From positions 160,001 through 224,000 of the forward strand of contig CAWBQK010000015.1 in NCBI GenBank assembly GCA_963791045.1: 64,000 bases of DNA, given 5' to 3'. The translations under genes were made by a program, and so were the position numbers. This stretch comes from Candidatus Latescibacterota bacterium (GTDB taxonomy: Bacteria; Krumholzibacteriota; Krumholzibacteriia; WVZY01). Shown in pieces: positions 1 to 10,797 of the stretch. Below the pieces are notes generated by a model. It had not been told where the DNA came from, searched no databases, and saw only the letters and a program-made list of their open reading frames with translations. Position 1 is the stretch's first letter; the number at the start of each line of letters is the position of its first letter.

Positions 1-795
1 GACGGCTTCCTGGCGCTCCTTCTCCTCGTCGCCGCTTAGTCTTTCCGACGCGAATGCGGCGCCGCCAAAACCCGATGCGTCGGTGGGCTTGCCGATCAAA
101 ATAATATCGAAGGGCTGTGTCTTCGCCGCGTCGGGCGCCCGGCTCCTGATCATGTCTTCCTCCGCCACGATGCCGAGCGCCACCACATTGACGAGACAGT
201 TATCGTCGTAAGTCGCATCGAAGTAGGTGTCGCCGCCCCAGTTAGGGACGCCGAGGGCGTTCCCGTATTGCGCAATTCCATCAACCACGCCGCGAACGAT
301 ATCGCGGACGCGTTTGGCGTTGGGCCCGTCGGGATCGCCAAACCGGAGGGGGTCCATCACGCCGATCACGTCGGCTCCCATACAATAAACATCGCGGACG
401 ATTCCACCGATCCCCGTAGCGGCGCCCTCGACGGGGAGCACTTGCGACGGGTGGTTGTGGCTTTCGTGCGCGAGCACGAGACAGTAATCTTTGCCGTCTT
501 TTTTGCAGAACCGGACGACACCGGCATCTTCACCGGGTCCGAGAACCACGTCGGGGCTTTTTGTCGGGAGGAATTTCTTGAGCGCAGGGCGTGAGCTCTT
601 GTACGAGCAGTGCTCGCTCCACATGATATTAAAAATATGGAGTTCGACACGCGATGGATTGCGCTCGAAAAGTTCGCGGATACGGACGAGTTCGTTGGGT
701 TTCAAGCTGATGTTCTGCTCGACGAGAAACGTCTTGAGTTCCGGCGCTTCGGGGTTTTCGAGATTGACGGTATTTTCGAGTTGATCGTTTTTCAT
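1..795 (-). CDS. purL: Phosphoribosylformylglycinamidine synthase subunit PurL (3' end runs off the window)
   Basis: Not in the ORF track. Manual translation from ATG at 795 gives MKNDQLEN...IMWSEHCSYKSS...GPGEDAGVV...ESHNHPSQVLPVEGAATGIGGIVRD, which are PurL signature motifs. Lies downstream of purB. Confidence 0.95.
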   Translation of the reverse strand, partial: MKNDQLENTVNLENPEAPELKTFLVEQNISLKPNELVRIRELFERNPSRVELHIFNIMWSEHCSYKSSRPALKKFLPTKSPDVVLGPGEDAGVVRFCKKDGKDYCLVLAHESHNHPSQVLPVEGAATGIGGIVRDVYCMGADVIGVMDPLRFGDPDGPNAKRVRDIVRGVVDGIAQYGNALGVPNWGGDTYFDATYDDNCLVNVVALGIVAEEDMIRSRAPDAAKTQPFDIILIGKPTDASGFGGAAFASERLSGDEEKERQEAV

Positions 796-908
796 ATTGT
801 ATCTCGGGCTGGCTGAGCGGTTTTAAAGGGCCGTGACCGGGGAGAAAAGACAGACGCCGCGGCGGGAGATCGTCGCGACGTTTGAATTTTTACCGGGAAA
901 GCGGAAGC

Positions 909-2198
909 TTACAACACACGGTCGAAAATTGCATCCACTTCTTTAATAAAATTATCCAGCGTAAAGATTTCGGCGATCTTGTCTTCGGGGAGCCGGGATG
1001 TGATCTCGGTTTCGGCCCGCACGGACTCCTCGAACGGAGCCCCCGTCTCCCATGTTTTCATCGCCGCCGTCTGGACCCATTTGTAGGCTTCCTCGCGTGA
1101 AATCTCGGCACGCGTCAACTCGAGCATGAGCTTCTGCGAAAAGACCAGGCCGTTTGTCTTTTCCAGGTTCGTCATCATGTTCTCGGGATAAACGAGCAGG
1201 TTCTTGACGACCCAGGTGAATTTCTCGAGCATGTAATCCATCCCGATCGTCACATCGGGGAGGATGACGCGTTCGACGGACGAGTGGCTGATATCGCGTT
1301 CGTGCCAAAGGACCACATTCTCCATCGCGGCCAGCGAATGTCCGCGGACGAGACGCGCGAGACCCGACACGCGCTCCGAGATGATCGGGTTACGTTTGTG
1401 GGGCATCGCCGAGCTGCCCTTCTGCCCTTTCTGGAAAAATTCCTCGACCTCGAGAACATCCGTCCGCTGGAGATTTCTGATCTCGGTGGCCATCTTATCG
1501 AGCGAGGAAGCCAGAACGGCGAGCGTGGTCACGTATTCGGCGTGTCGGTCGCGCTGAACGATCTGGGTCGACACCGGGGCAACGCCCAGCCCGAGTTTGC
1601 CCAGGACATACTCTTCGACACGCCGGTCCAGGTGGGCATAAGTGCCTACGGCGCCTGAAATCTTGCCGAACGAAATCGTCTCCATCGCGTTCGCGAACGC
1701 TTTTTCCCGCCGCTGAATCTCGTCGTACCACAGGAGCATCTTGAGACCAAAGGTAATCGGTTCCGCGTGAATCCCGTGGGTGCGGCCGATCATCACTGTT
1801 TTCTTGTGTTCGAGCGCCCGGTCCTTGAGGGCTGCTTTCAACCGCCCGAGCTGCTGGAGGATGATTTCACCCGCCTGCTTGAGCTGGCAGGAGAGGGTGG
1901 TGTCGAGGAGGTCGGAGCTCGTCATCCCCACGTGGATGAATCGCGATTCGGGGCCGACGTGTTCCGCCACGCTGGTCAGGAACGCGATCACGTCGTGGTG
2001 CGTAACTGCCTCGATCTCGAGGATGCGCTTTATGTCGAAATCCCCTTTGGACTTGATCACTTCGACGGCGTCCCTCGGGATTTCACCCAGGTCGGCCAAC
2101 GCTTCGCACGCGAGAATCTCGATCTTGAGCCATGTCCTGAATTTGTTTTCTTCCGACCAGACGGCCCCCATTTCGGGCCGTGTGTACCGTTCAATCAT
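909..2198 (-). CDS. purB: Adenylosuccinate lyase
   Basis: MIERY N-terminus, GRTHGIHAEP and the GSSAMPHKRNP fumarate-lyase signature; 429 aa. Confidence 0.97.
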   Translation of the reverse strand: MIERYTRPEMGAVWSEENKFRTWLKIEILACEALADLGEIPRDAVEVIKSKGDFDIKRILEIEAVTHHDVIAFLTSVAEHVGPESRFIHVGMTSSDLLDTTLSCQLKQAGEIILQQLGRLKAALKDRALEHKKTVMIGRTHGIHAEPITFGLKMLLWYDEIQRREKAFANAMETISFGKISGAVGTYAHLDRRVEEYVLGKLGLGVAPVSTQIVQRDRHAEYVTTLAVLASSLDKMATEIRNLQRTDVLEVEEFFQKGQKGSSAMPHKRNPIISERVSGLARLVRGHSLAAMENVVLWHERDISHSSVERVILPDVTIGMDYMLEKFTWVVKNLLVYPENMMTNLEKTNGLVFSQKLMLELTRAEISREEAYKWVQTAAMKTWETGAPFEESVRAETEITSRLPEDKIAEIFTLDNFIKEVDAIFDRVL

Positions 2199-2234
2199 CT
2201 GTCCTCCAAATCGCGGGCTGGTTCGCCCGATCGC

Positions 2235-3467
2235 TCAGATTTCGTTTTGACGCTCCTCGAGTACGAGGGTGACCTGCTTGATGTCTCCCTCGCGCATGAT
2301 ATCAAATGTGAGCCGGTCCCCCACCTTCAAACCAAAAATCGTCCGGTTGGCGTCGCGTGTGGTGCTGACGCCGACTCCGTTCACCGAGGTAATGAGATCG
2401 CCCGGTTTGAGTCCCGCTTTGTCCGCCGGGCTTTCGAGTTGGATTTCCCTTATAAGAAGGCCTTCCTTCGCTTCCAGGTCGAGAGCGGTGGCGAATTCCG
2501 GTGTGACTTCCCTGACGGTGATACCCACCCAGACCTTGCGCACCCGGCCGTACTTCTGGATTTCTTCGAGGACCCACTTGCCGCGGTTGATCGGAATGGC
2601 AAAGCCCATCCCCAGGCTTCCGCCGCCGCCGGCGGAAAAAATAAATGTGTTTATCCCGATGAGATCGCCCCTCGAATCGAGTAGCGGCCCGCCGGAGTTG
2701 CCGGGATTGATCGCCGCGTCTGTCTGGATCATGTCCTTGAATACACGCTGGTCGTTGCCCCCGCCTTTGACATCGCGGTGGAGCGCGCTGATCACGCCGA
2801 CGGTGACGGTTGGCTGCGTATCGCGGAGCAGCTGTCCGAATGGGCTTCCGATAGCGATGGCCCACTCGCCGACCATCAGCGAGTCCGAGTCGCCAAGGCC
2901 GACCTTCGAGTAACCGGCGCCGTCGATCTTGACGAGCGCGATGTCGTAGTCGGGCGCGCTCCCCACGATATGACCTTCACGGGTCTCGCCGTTTTGAAGA
3001 GTGACCTCGATGACATCTGCGTTGTGGACGACGTGTTCGTTCGTGAGGACGTAGCCGTCTTCGTGGATGATCACTCCGGACCCGAGCGATGAATACTGTT
3101 TCTGATAGGTTTCGGGCATTCCAAAAAACTGCTCGAGCCATTCGCGGGCCACCGACGACCGGAACGGGTGCCTCTGGACGACTCTTGTGTAACGCGAAGC
3201 GATGCTGACGACGGCGGGCGCCGCTTTTTCCGTCGCCGTAACAATCGCGTTTCGCCGCCCGCTGGATATCGAGGGTGTCGTTGTGGGCGGGTTCGACGCA
3301 TGGACGTACGCCGGGGTCGTCGATGCGCCGCTATTCGCTTCATCGCCGCGGGAGGCTTTAAAAAAGAACACGCCCGAGACGATTATGAGCCCCAGCGAGA
3401 CGCCGAGCAGCGCCCCGAACACATAAGGTAGAAATTTGAATCGTTTGGGCTGGTCGATGAAATCCAT
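2235..3467 (-). CDS. HtrA/DegP-like serine protease with one PDZ domain
   Basis: N-terminal TM segment, LTNEHV, DIAL, IQTDAAINPGNSGGPL and a C-terminal PDZ (SPADKAGLKPGDLI). Confidence 0.93.
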   Translation of the reverse strand: MDFIDQPKRFKFLPYVFGALLGVSLGLIIVSGVFFFKASRGDEANSGASTTPAYVHASNPPTTTPSISSGRRNAIVTATEKAAPAVVSIASRYTRVVQRHPFRSSVAREWLEQFFGMPETYQKQYSSLGSGVIIHEDGYVLTNEHVVHNADVIEVTLQNGETREGHIVGSAPDYDIALVKIDGAGYSKVGLGDSDSLMVGEWAIAIGSPFGQLLRDTQPTVTVGVISALHRDVKGGGNDQRVFKDMIQTDAAINPGNSGGPLLDSRGDLIGINTFIFSAGGGGSLGMGFAIPINRGKWVLEEIQKYGRVRKVWVGITVREVTPEFATALDLEAKEGLLIREIQLESPADKAGLKPGDLITSVNGVGVSTTRDANRTIFGLKVGDRLTFDIMREGDIKQVTLVLEERQNEI

Positions 3468-3599
3468 TATTGATCACGTCCTTCGCGGTCTCCACGGTTT
3501 CTAATATCCCGGAATTCTTATGATAAGAAATGCGAGGCTCCAAGTCCAAAGCCAATTCTATGGATGGTCCCCGGTTCTTCGCGGGAGCATCGGCGCGTA

Positions 3600-4334
3600 T
3601 CAGCCGTCGTACTCGACCTCCGCCAGAAATAGCCCATTCGGCGGAACTGTCCGCCCGGCGGCCCCACGATCCTTTTTACACAGAATCGCCTCCATATGTT
3701 CCGGTTGCCATTTTCCCCGGCCCACTTCAATCAGTGTTCCGACGATCACACGAACCATATTGTGGAGAAAGTGATCGGCGCGGACGGTGATCGCGATGAC
3801 CCCGTCTTCTTCATCGACGGAGAGCTCGCGCAGATCGCACGTCGGCGGGACGCCCGTCCAGCGGGTCGGCGTGAAACTCGTGAAATCTCTTTGGCCGACG
3901 AGATGGGCCGCTGCCCGCCTCATCGCTTCAATATCGAGAGAAAAAGTGACGACATGGGCGTACCGCCTCCATATCGCCGATGGTTCGGTCCTCAGATAGT
4001 AAACATAACGCCTGCCGGTCGCGCTGAACCGCGCGTGAAAATCGTCGCCGACCTCCTCGACTTCGCGGATCCGGATATCTTCCGGGAGACGCGAGGAGAG
4101 CGCTCCGCCGATCTGCCTGGGAGCCCTGGCTGTATCGACGGCAAAGTGGAACACCTGCCCCAAGGCGTGAACACCCGCGTCGGTCCGTCCCGCGCCATAA
4201 ATTGTAATTCGTTTTTGCAAAATCGATTCGATGGCATCTTCGATGACGCCCTGGACCGTTCTTAATCCCGGCTGTATTTGCCAACCGTGGAAATCGGTGC
4301 CGTCGTATTCAACTTTGAGTTTGAAGTGTCGCAT
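3600..4334 (-). CDS. truA: tRNA pseudouridine(38-40) synthase
   Basis: YDGTDFHGWQ, AGRTDAGVHA, FHARFSA and FLHNMVR motifs. Confidence 0.97.
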   Translation of the reverse strand: MRHFKLKVEYDGTDFHGWQIQPGLRTVQGVIEDAIESILQKRITIYGAGRTDAGVHALGQVFHFAVDTARAPRQIGGALSSRLPEDIRIREVEEVGDDFHARFSATGRRYVYYLRTEPSAIWRRYAHVVTFSLDIEAMRRAAAHLVGQRDFTSFTPTRWTGVPPTCDLRELSVDEEDGVIAITVRADHFLHNMVRVIVGTLIEVGRGKWQPEHMEAILCKKDRGAAGRTVPPNGLFLAEVEYDG

Positions 4335-4354
4335 GATTTCTTTGCCTAAACGGG

Positions 4355-5134
4355 TCAGACGATTTTTGCCGCGGCAATTATTATAATCAACGTCGCCGTG
4401 ACAAACAAATAGTCGCGCTGAGTCGGCCGATCCAGTATCAGTATGTTTCCAATCGTTGTCTTGACGTCGCGGAGTTCGACGGCCATCGCCAAATGCTCCG
4501 AGCGATGGATCGCCGACACAAACATGGGCACGAGAAGGAGCCTGGCGCCTCTGAGCTTGCTCCCCAGTCCGCCCTCGAGCCCTCCCCCACGGAATTTCTG
4601 CGCTGTACGGACACGTTCGAGTTCATCCGCAAAGAGCGGCAGGAATCCGAACGACAAAAACACGTAAAGCGCAACGCGTCTCGCGAAATCCGGCGAAAAC
4701 GGGCGGAGAAACCCGGACAGACCTCGCGCCATTTCTTCCGGCGACACAACGGCAAGAAATACCACGGCGCCAAAATAGAGTATCAACACACGGACCGCGC
4801 TGTGGATCCCGCTTGTGATTCCCTCACGAGTAGGAATCGAAAAACCCGACACCAGAGACTCACCGCTCACCATCACCGCATTGATCGCGATTATGAGGAG
4901 AACAAAAGCGCCAATACTCTTTCCATTTTTAATCAGTGTTCTTATTGGAATTCCCGCCAGATGGGCGAGCATCAAAACGTATGCGAAGACGAATACCAGT
5001 CCGGGCGTCTGCGGGATGACAAATGCGGACACCGTTATCAAAAGAAAACCGGCGATGAGAAACCTCGGGTCGCCGGCAATAAACCTGGCGGGCCCCGTGC
5101 GGTTCGCCGGGTTGTATAGATGATGCTTCATCAT
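4355..5134 (-). CDS. Energy-coupling factor transporter transmembrane component (EcfT/CbiQ family)
   Basis: Hydrophobic protein with DPR near the N-terminus, FLPLFADELERVRTAQKFRG and LAMAVELR (degenerate XRX motifs). The position upstream of truA is typical. Confidence 0.85.
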   Translation of the reverse strand: MMKHHLYNPANRTGPARFIAGDPRFLIAGFLLITVSAFVIPQTPGLVFVFAYVLMLAHLAGIPIRTLIKNGKSIGAFVLLIIAINAVMVSGESLVSGFSIPTREGITSGIHSAVRVLILYFGAVVFLAVVSPEEMARGLSGFLRPFSPDFARRVALYVFLSFGFLPLFADELERVRTAQKFRGGGLEGGLGSKLRGARLLLVPMFVSAIHRSEHLAMAVELRDVKTTIGNILILDRPTQRDYLFVTATLIIIIAAAKIV

Positions 5135-6139
5135 CCGATCATCAGCTCGCCGATCTGGACGGAATTCGTGGCCGCGCCTTTACGGAGGTTGTCTCCCACG
5201 GCCCAGAACGACAGCGCGTGTGGGCGGGTCGTGTCACGGCGAAGCCGACCGACGAGGATGTCATCCCTGCCCTCGACATCGAGGGGCGTTGGTATTTCTC
5301 CCGTGTATTCGACACCCGGCGCGTCTTGCCACAGCTTGACCGCTTCGTCCACCGACAGCGCCGCCGTCAGCTCAATGTTAATCGACAGCGCGTGACCGAC
5401 ACGCGTCGGCACCCTCACGGCGGTCGGGACCACACACATCGCCACGCTGCCGAGAATCTTTTGGGTCTCTTCTACTATTTTCTCTTCTTCTTTTGTGTAT
5501 CCGGATTCCCTGACGTCTCCGATCACAGGAAAGCAGTTGAACGCGATCTGCTTGGGAAGAACTTTCGCTTCAATTGGTTTTTTCGCCGCGTCCGCCTCGA
5601 CTTGTGTTTCCAGTTCGTCCAGCAGATCTTTGCCCGCGCCGGAGACCGACTGGAACGACGTCACCACCACTCGCTCTATCGCGACGGCCCGGTGGATCGG
5701 CGCGAGCGCCATCACCAGCGCGACCGCCGCACAATTCGGACACGCGACAAGAGTTGATTCGGGGGTTACCAGCGAGCCGTTTATTTCGGGGACCACCAGT
5801 GGAACGTATTCGTCCATTCGATACGCCGTGGTGTTGTCAACGACGCGACACCCTGCCTCCACCGCTTTTGGCACGAGCGTCTCACTCACCCCTGCGCCCG
5901 CCGTAAAAAACCCGATGTCTATTCCTTTGAAATCAATTTCGTCCACGGTTCGAACCGGCCAGGTGTTTCCGAATGCCTCGACGGTTTGACCCTTCGACGC
6001 CTGCGTCGCTATGGGCAAGAAATCCCCAACCGGGAAACTCGCGTTCTTCAAGTATCCGGGCTATCGTCAGGCCCACGACGCCCGTGCCGCCAACGACGGC
6101 AACTGTTTTGCTTGAATTCTTTTTGTTGTCGTTCGTCAT
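5131..6139 (-). CDS. asd: Aspartate-semialdehyde dehydrogenase, split by one frameshift near 6033
   Basis: ORF 5933-6139 gives VAVVGGTGVVG...LEEREFP. ORF 5131-6051 continues VPLVVPEIN, PNC, QSVSGAG, RVPTRVGH and DNLRKGAATNSVQI. An extra C in TTTCCCGGTT (minus strand) separates the frames. Confidence 0.9.
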
Positions 6140-6658
6140 GTCTTTGTGTGGGTGGGGGGCTTTCTTTTTTCCCGATTTGGACGGCCGGCGTGTGGCCCTG
6201 TTGTTTTTTGCTTGTTTTTGTCCGGCGAGAACACGCCTTTGTTGTCATGCACCGTATCACAGAATTTTTGTGTGTGTCAATCATGGGCCAGACGGCCGGT
6301 TTCCGGGGTCTGCTTTGGCTCCATATCGCTCATCGCACGCGCGCTGGCGTGGATGCTGCGGCGGCCGCCCTCTTCCGCCGGATCGGCACTGTCTTTTTGT
6401 CGGTCATCTTCCGGCGAGCTTATGCCGCGCGTATGCCGCTTATGCCGTCGTAACTTTTTTTGTTCTCGGTTGATTTTCCAGAAGTTTTTTCTTGACGGTT
6501 TTTTGAACGCAACTTTTTGCGGGCTGTGATCGTGTCGTGTTTTTGTGTTGTACGCCTGTCTATGCGTGATGTCGGCGTCTTGATTTTATCGAGACGTTTT
6601 TGTTTTGTTGGGTCGTGTTATGCTTTGTCGCGCGTCGTGCGAACGCCAAAAACCCTCG

Positions 6659-6667
6659 TGTTATAAT
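6659..6667 (+). promoter_or_regulatory. Extended -10 promoter (TGnTATAAT) for the HNH gene
   Basis: TG-T-TATAAT at 6659-6667, followed by a GGGAGG SD and ATG at 6691. Confidence 0.7.
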
Positions 6668-6690
6668 GCTAGTGTAACCATGGGAGGTTG

Positions 6691-8052
6691 ATGATGATCG
6701 CACGTGAACAACTTCGTCTCAAGAAGCTCTCCGACAAGACACTCCTCCAGTCGCTCGACTCCCTCGTCGGAAAAGAAAAGAACTCGACCCTCGCCGTTCT
6801 TCTTCATTTGATCGAACTCGATCGCCGGCGAACGTATCTCAGTCTTGGATTCCGTTCGCTCTTCGAGTACTGCACCCAGCATCTCAAGTACTCATCCTCT
6901 TCCGCGGGACGCCGTATCCATACGGCACGGTGCGTCGCTCGTTTCCCTGAGATCTACGAACTTCTCGTCAAAGGATCGGTAAACCTGAGCACCGTCTCGC
7001 AGGTCTCGGCGATTTTGAACGAGAGAAACAAGGATGAACTTCTCAGGGGGATCCAGGGCAAGTCCCAGCGTCAGGTCGAGCGTTTAATCTCGGTGTTTCA
7101 GCCGCCGTCGGCGTATCGCGATACGGTGAAGCCCGTTCGCGTGGCCGTCGCGGCGAAACCACCGGAATCCGGAACGCCCACGGCTGCCATGGCAACTCGC
7201 TCGGTCTTTGCCGTGACCTCGGTGACCCATAAAACCACGACAGAGCCTGGATTGGCGACCGACCCGGCCGGCGGTCAAAACTGGACCTCTTTGTCCAATT
7301 CCTCCCGCAGCGGGAGTAAACCGACTAATGGGTATATGGTGCAATCGAAAGCACACACACAAGATACGCCATCCGCCGGTGATTCTGCCGCCAATGAAGC
7401 CGCGGATTGCGGGGCAAAAAGCTGTTACGAGCAAAAGCTTCTGATCCGGTTTTTGGCGAGTTGTGGCTTCAAGAAGAAGTACGACGAGGCCTGTTCACTC
7501 CTGTCGAACCGATTGCCCAATCAAACCTTTGAGGCGGTCTTCGAAGTCGTACTAGATGAGTTCATCGATCGGCACAGCCCGGAGGCGCGCCACAAACGAC
7601 GGGAGAAACGCCGGACCAAGAAGCTCGAGGAACAAAACGAGAAACAAGATCGGGAACCCAAGCGCAAAGAAAAGACTGACGCGGACAAACGACGAAACGA
7701 TAAGCAGAAACCCACGGGAAAAGGAGGGGCTGTCGGGAACGAACGACGAACAGAGAAGCGGCAGCCCGCTATTGCTCGTATGGGCGCCGAAAACAAACGC
7801 GCGCGACACATCCCTGCGGCCGTACGAGACAACGTGTTCAAGCGCGACGGTGGGAAGTGCACGTTCATCGGCAAAGATAACAAACGCTGCAACTCGACTT
7901 GGGGGCTCGAGATCGACCACATCAAACCATTCGCGCGGGGCGGCGGGAACACTAGAGAAAACCTGAGGCTTCTTTGCGGGAGACATAATCGTCTGGCCGC
8001 CGAGAAGGTTTACGGCAAAGGGTTCATGAAAGGGCACTACAAGAGAGAATAG
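6691..8052 (+). CDS. HNH endonuclease with N-terminal DUF222-like domain
   Basis: N-terminal LSDKTLL...LIELDRRRTYLSLGFRSLFEYC...AGRRI helical domain, low-complexity linkers, then a C-terminal HNH (RHIPAAVRDNVFKRDGGKC...C...LEIDHIKPFARGG...NLRLLCGRHN). Confidence 0.88.
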   Translation: MMIAREQLRLKKLSDKTLLQSLDSLVGKEKNSTLAVLLHLIELDRRRTYLSLGFRSLFEYCTQHLKYSSSSAGRRIHTARCVARFPEIYELLVKGSVNLSTVSQVSAILNERNKDELLRGIQGKSQRQVERLISVFQPPSAYRDTVKPVRVAVAAKPPESGTPTAAMATRSVFAVTSVTHKTTTEPGLATDPAGGQNWTSLSNSSRSGSKPTNGYMVQSKAHTQDTPSAGDSAANEAADCGAKSCYEQKLLIRFLASCGFKKKYDEACSLLSNRLPNQTFEAVFEVVLDEFIDRHSPEARHKRREKRRTKKLEEQNEKQDREPKRKEKTDADKRRNDKQKPTGKGGAVGNERRTEKRQPAIARMGAENKRARHIPAAVRDNVFKRDGGKCTFIGKDNKRCNSTWGLEIDHIKPFARGGGNTRENLRLLCGRHNRLAAEKVYGKGFMKGHYKRE

Positions 8053-8247
8053 ATGTGGCTCGATTTGGAGACCGGCGCCGGGCATGCAAGCGCACAGCAG
8101 ACCGCAATACCACCCCAACGGCAAAAAGAACAACTGCTTGACACTTTTCGAGTTGGCATGAAATAGTCAGGCAGCCGAAACACGCCAGACCAGGATTCCG
8201 AACCGCGTCAAAAACCGCCCGGTTAACAAGAGGATACGAGGCCAAAA

Positions 8248-10242
8248 ATGAAAAAATATATTTTGGGTGTCTGTGTGGTTGCCGTACTGATTACCCAAAC
8301 CGTCCTGTCGTCCGCACAGGATCCGAGCCGGTATCAGTCACTCCTCGCGACGTCGGCCGGTCGGGACAGCCTGCTGAACCTTGCGATGTGGGAAGACGGC
8401 CGTGTCACGGGGAACGGCAGACTCTTCAGATACCTGCAATCGGCGAATCCGCTGATTCGATTCCGTACGGTCGAAGTCATCGGGCGAATTCAGGATCCCC
8501 AGGACGTTCCAAAACTCCTGCCGATGCTCAAAGACAATAATGAAAGCGTCGTGCTCGCAACGGTGTTCGCACTCGGGCAAATCGGGTCCGAAGAAGCGAC
8601 GCCCGGTCTGATCGAGTTGAACAAGAAAGCAACTCCGGCGAAGCAGATAATCATCGCGGACGCCCTTGGTAAGATCGGCGGAGAGGAAGCCTTGAAAACC
8701 CTGGATCTGATGCGGGGCGCGTTCAAATCGAATGTGCGGGCGGCAGCCATGGAGGCGTTCGCGCGTGCCGCCGACCCTCAAACGGTCCAGATGGTCCTGG
8801 CTGCGGTACACGACGGTGACCCGGAGGTAATCTGGCGGGCGGTTTATGCACTCGAAAAGTTTGAGACCGACCGGACCGCGTCTGCGGTCATCCCCTTGCT
8901 GGAACACAAAGACGCAACGGTACGGGCCTTCGCGGCACGCACACTCGGCAAGCAAAAGATCGATCCGGCCGTGGGCTCGCTTGTGGCCACACTCGACGAC
9001 GATGACATCCGGGTGGTAATAAACTCCATCAACGCGTTGGGACAGATCCTTGAAAACTCGAACAACGAAGACGTGATGTCGACACTGGGCCAAATTCTCG
9101 CGAAGCACCCGAACCATCATGCGCGAAAAGCGGCGGCCACCGCCCTGGGCAGTATGGGCAACAAAAACGCCCAGGACTACCTGGTTCAATCGGTGCTCGA
9201 CAAGAGCCCGGGCGTTCGTATCGAATCATACAAAGCGCTCGCCATGGTTCTCGACGAGCATGCCACACCGTTCATCGCGGGCGGCCTCAACGACGGCCAA
9301 AAACTCGTGCGGGCGGCAGCCATCGAAAGCTATGGAATCGCCGAAGACAAGAACAGGATCAACTATCTGATCGACATCACCCGAAAAAACAAGGACCCGA
9401 TCCTGCGGGCGGCCGCTGTAAGGAGTCTATCGCATTTTGACGAGGACGAGGTTGAGGCATGCCTCGTCGAGAAGCTCTCCGACGAGGACTGGGTCGTCGC
9501 GACCGAAGCGGTAACGGGACTCGGGGCAATTGACGAAAAAAGGACCATCCCAGCGCTGATCGACACGTACGGAAAGAGAACAGACCGCCTCGATGTCGAT
9601 GTGCGCCTGGAAATTCTCCGCGTCCTGAAGGATTTCGAAGCGGAGGAAGCCCAGCAGCTCGCCGTCGAAGCTTTGGATGACGCCGACCCCCGGATCCGCG
9701 CCGCCGCGAAAGAGCTTCTTGAAGGGATCGGGGCGCCGGTGCCGGAAATCATGAGCGACCGCGATTTCTATGAAGAAGATTTTAACCCGCGCCGCAGGAG
9801 TGAGCTTTCACTCCCCTTTGGAATACGGCGGGCCATCATCGAGTGCAAGCACGGGGAGTTCGAGATTGAACTGTTCGGAGACGACGCAACGCAGACGGCG
9901 ACGAATTTTATCAAACTCGCGGAATCCGGCTTTTACGACAACCTCACGTTTCATCGGGTCGTTCCGAATTTCGTCGCCCAGGGTGGATGTCCCCGCGGCG
10001 ATGGCTGGGGAGATCCCGGTTACACGATCCGCTCCGAATTCAACGCCTATCGGTATGAGCGCGGGTTTGTCGGCATCGCGCACTCAGGCAAGGACACCGG
10101 CGGCTGCCAGTTTTTTGTGACGCATTCGTATCAACCGCGTCTCAACGGCCGCTACACAATATTTGCAAGGGTGACAAAGGGGATGGATGTGGTCGACAAG
10201 ATCGATCAGGGAGATACTTTCAAGGTTCGTATCCTCGAATAA
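8248..10242 (+). CDS. Exported HEAT-repeat protein with C-terminal cyclophilin-type peptidyl-prolyl isomerase
   Basis: Signal peptide, many VR..A..ALG HEAT repeats, then FYDNLTFHRVVPNFVAQGGCP and DTGGCQFF. Confidence 0.92.
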   Translation: MKKYILGVCVVAVLITQTVLSSAQDPSRYQSLLATSAGRDSLLNLAMWEDGRVTGNGRLFRYLQSANPLIRFRTVEVIGRIQDPQDVPKLLPMLKDNNESVVLATVFALGQIGSEEATPGLIELNKKATPAKQIIIADALGKIGGEEALKTLDLMRGAFKSNVRAAAMEAFARAADPQTVQMVLAAVHDGDPEVIWRAVYALEKFETDRTASAVIPLLEHKDATVRAFAARTLGKQKIDPAVGSLVATLDDDDIRVVINSINALGQILENSNNEDVMSTLGQILAKHPNHHARKAAATALGSMGNKNAQDYLVQSVLDKSPGVRIESYKALAMVLDEHATPFIAGGLNDGQKLVRAAAIESYGIAEDKNRINYLIDITRKNKDPILRAAAVRSLSHFDEDEVEACLVEKLSDEDWVVATEAVTGLGAIDEKRTIPALIDTYGKRTDRLDVDVRLEILRVLKDFEAEEAQQLAVEALDDADPRIRAAAKELLEGIGAPVPEIMSDRDFYEEDFNPRRRSELSLPFGIRRAIIECKHGEFEIELFGDDATQTATNFIKLAESGFYDNLTFHRVVPNFVAQGGCPRGDGWGDPGYTIRSEFNAYRYERGFVGIAHSGKDTGGCQFFVTHSYQPRLNGRYTIFARVTKGMDVVDKIDQGDTFKVRILE

Positions 10243-10278
10243 ACAACCCGCGAAACGCAAACCAATATGCGGCCGACG

Positions 10279-10797
10279 CTACAACAGCCCGGCCGCATAT
10301 TCTTTTGTGATATCCGCCAGCGCGTAGCGATGGGCCCGAAACGCGATGCCTTCGGGCAAATCGTCGAGGAGAAAAAACCGGGCGTCGCTCGCGTCATCTC
10401 CACACTGGAGATCCCCGCCGGTTTTCTTGCCGTGGTATAATAGAAGTACAACCGAAGTTCTTGGATCATCGAAAGCCGAGTACACATTGAACAGCCGGAC
10501 CAACTCGACATCGATATTGGTTTCTTCTTTCATTTCCCTGACGGCGCAGCCAGCGGCATCTTCATCCGCCTCGACAAATCCGGCGGGGAGTGTCCACATA
10601 CCCACCCGAGGTTCGAATTTTCGTTCGACCAGCAGCACCCTGCCGTCTTCGATGAGGATGACACCTGCCGCCGGCACCGGGTTCTGATAATGGACAAACT
10701 CACACGATCCGCAGACGAGCCGCGTCCTCCCGTCCGTAAGTTTCTCCGTCAGACCGCTCCCGCAAAGCGGGCAGAACTTGTAGACCTTGCCGATCAT
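10279..10797 (-). CDS. NUDIX hydrolase with N-terminal zinc ribbon
   Basis: FCPLCG...CGSC...YQNP plus the Nudix box GFVEADEDAAGCAVREMKEETNI. The ATG at 10797 overlaps the upstream stop (ATGA). Confidence 0.9.
   Translation of the reverse strand: MIGKVYKFCPLCGSGLTEKLTDGRTRLVCGSCEFVHYQNPVPAAGVILIEDGRVLLVERKFEPRVGMWTLPAGFVEADEDAAGCAVREMKEETNIDVELVRLFNVYSAFDDPRTSVVLLLYHGKKTGGDLQCGDDASDARFFLLDDLPEGIAFRAHRYALADITKEYAAGLL

Noticed and set aside
6025-6040. Programmed frameshift or pseudogenisation of asd
   Set aside because: A single extra base in a short C run in a normally essential gene. Similar indels elsewhere point to sequencing error.
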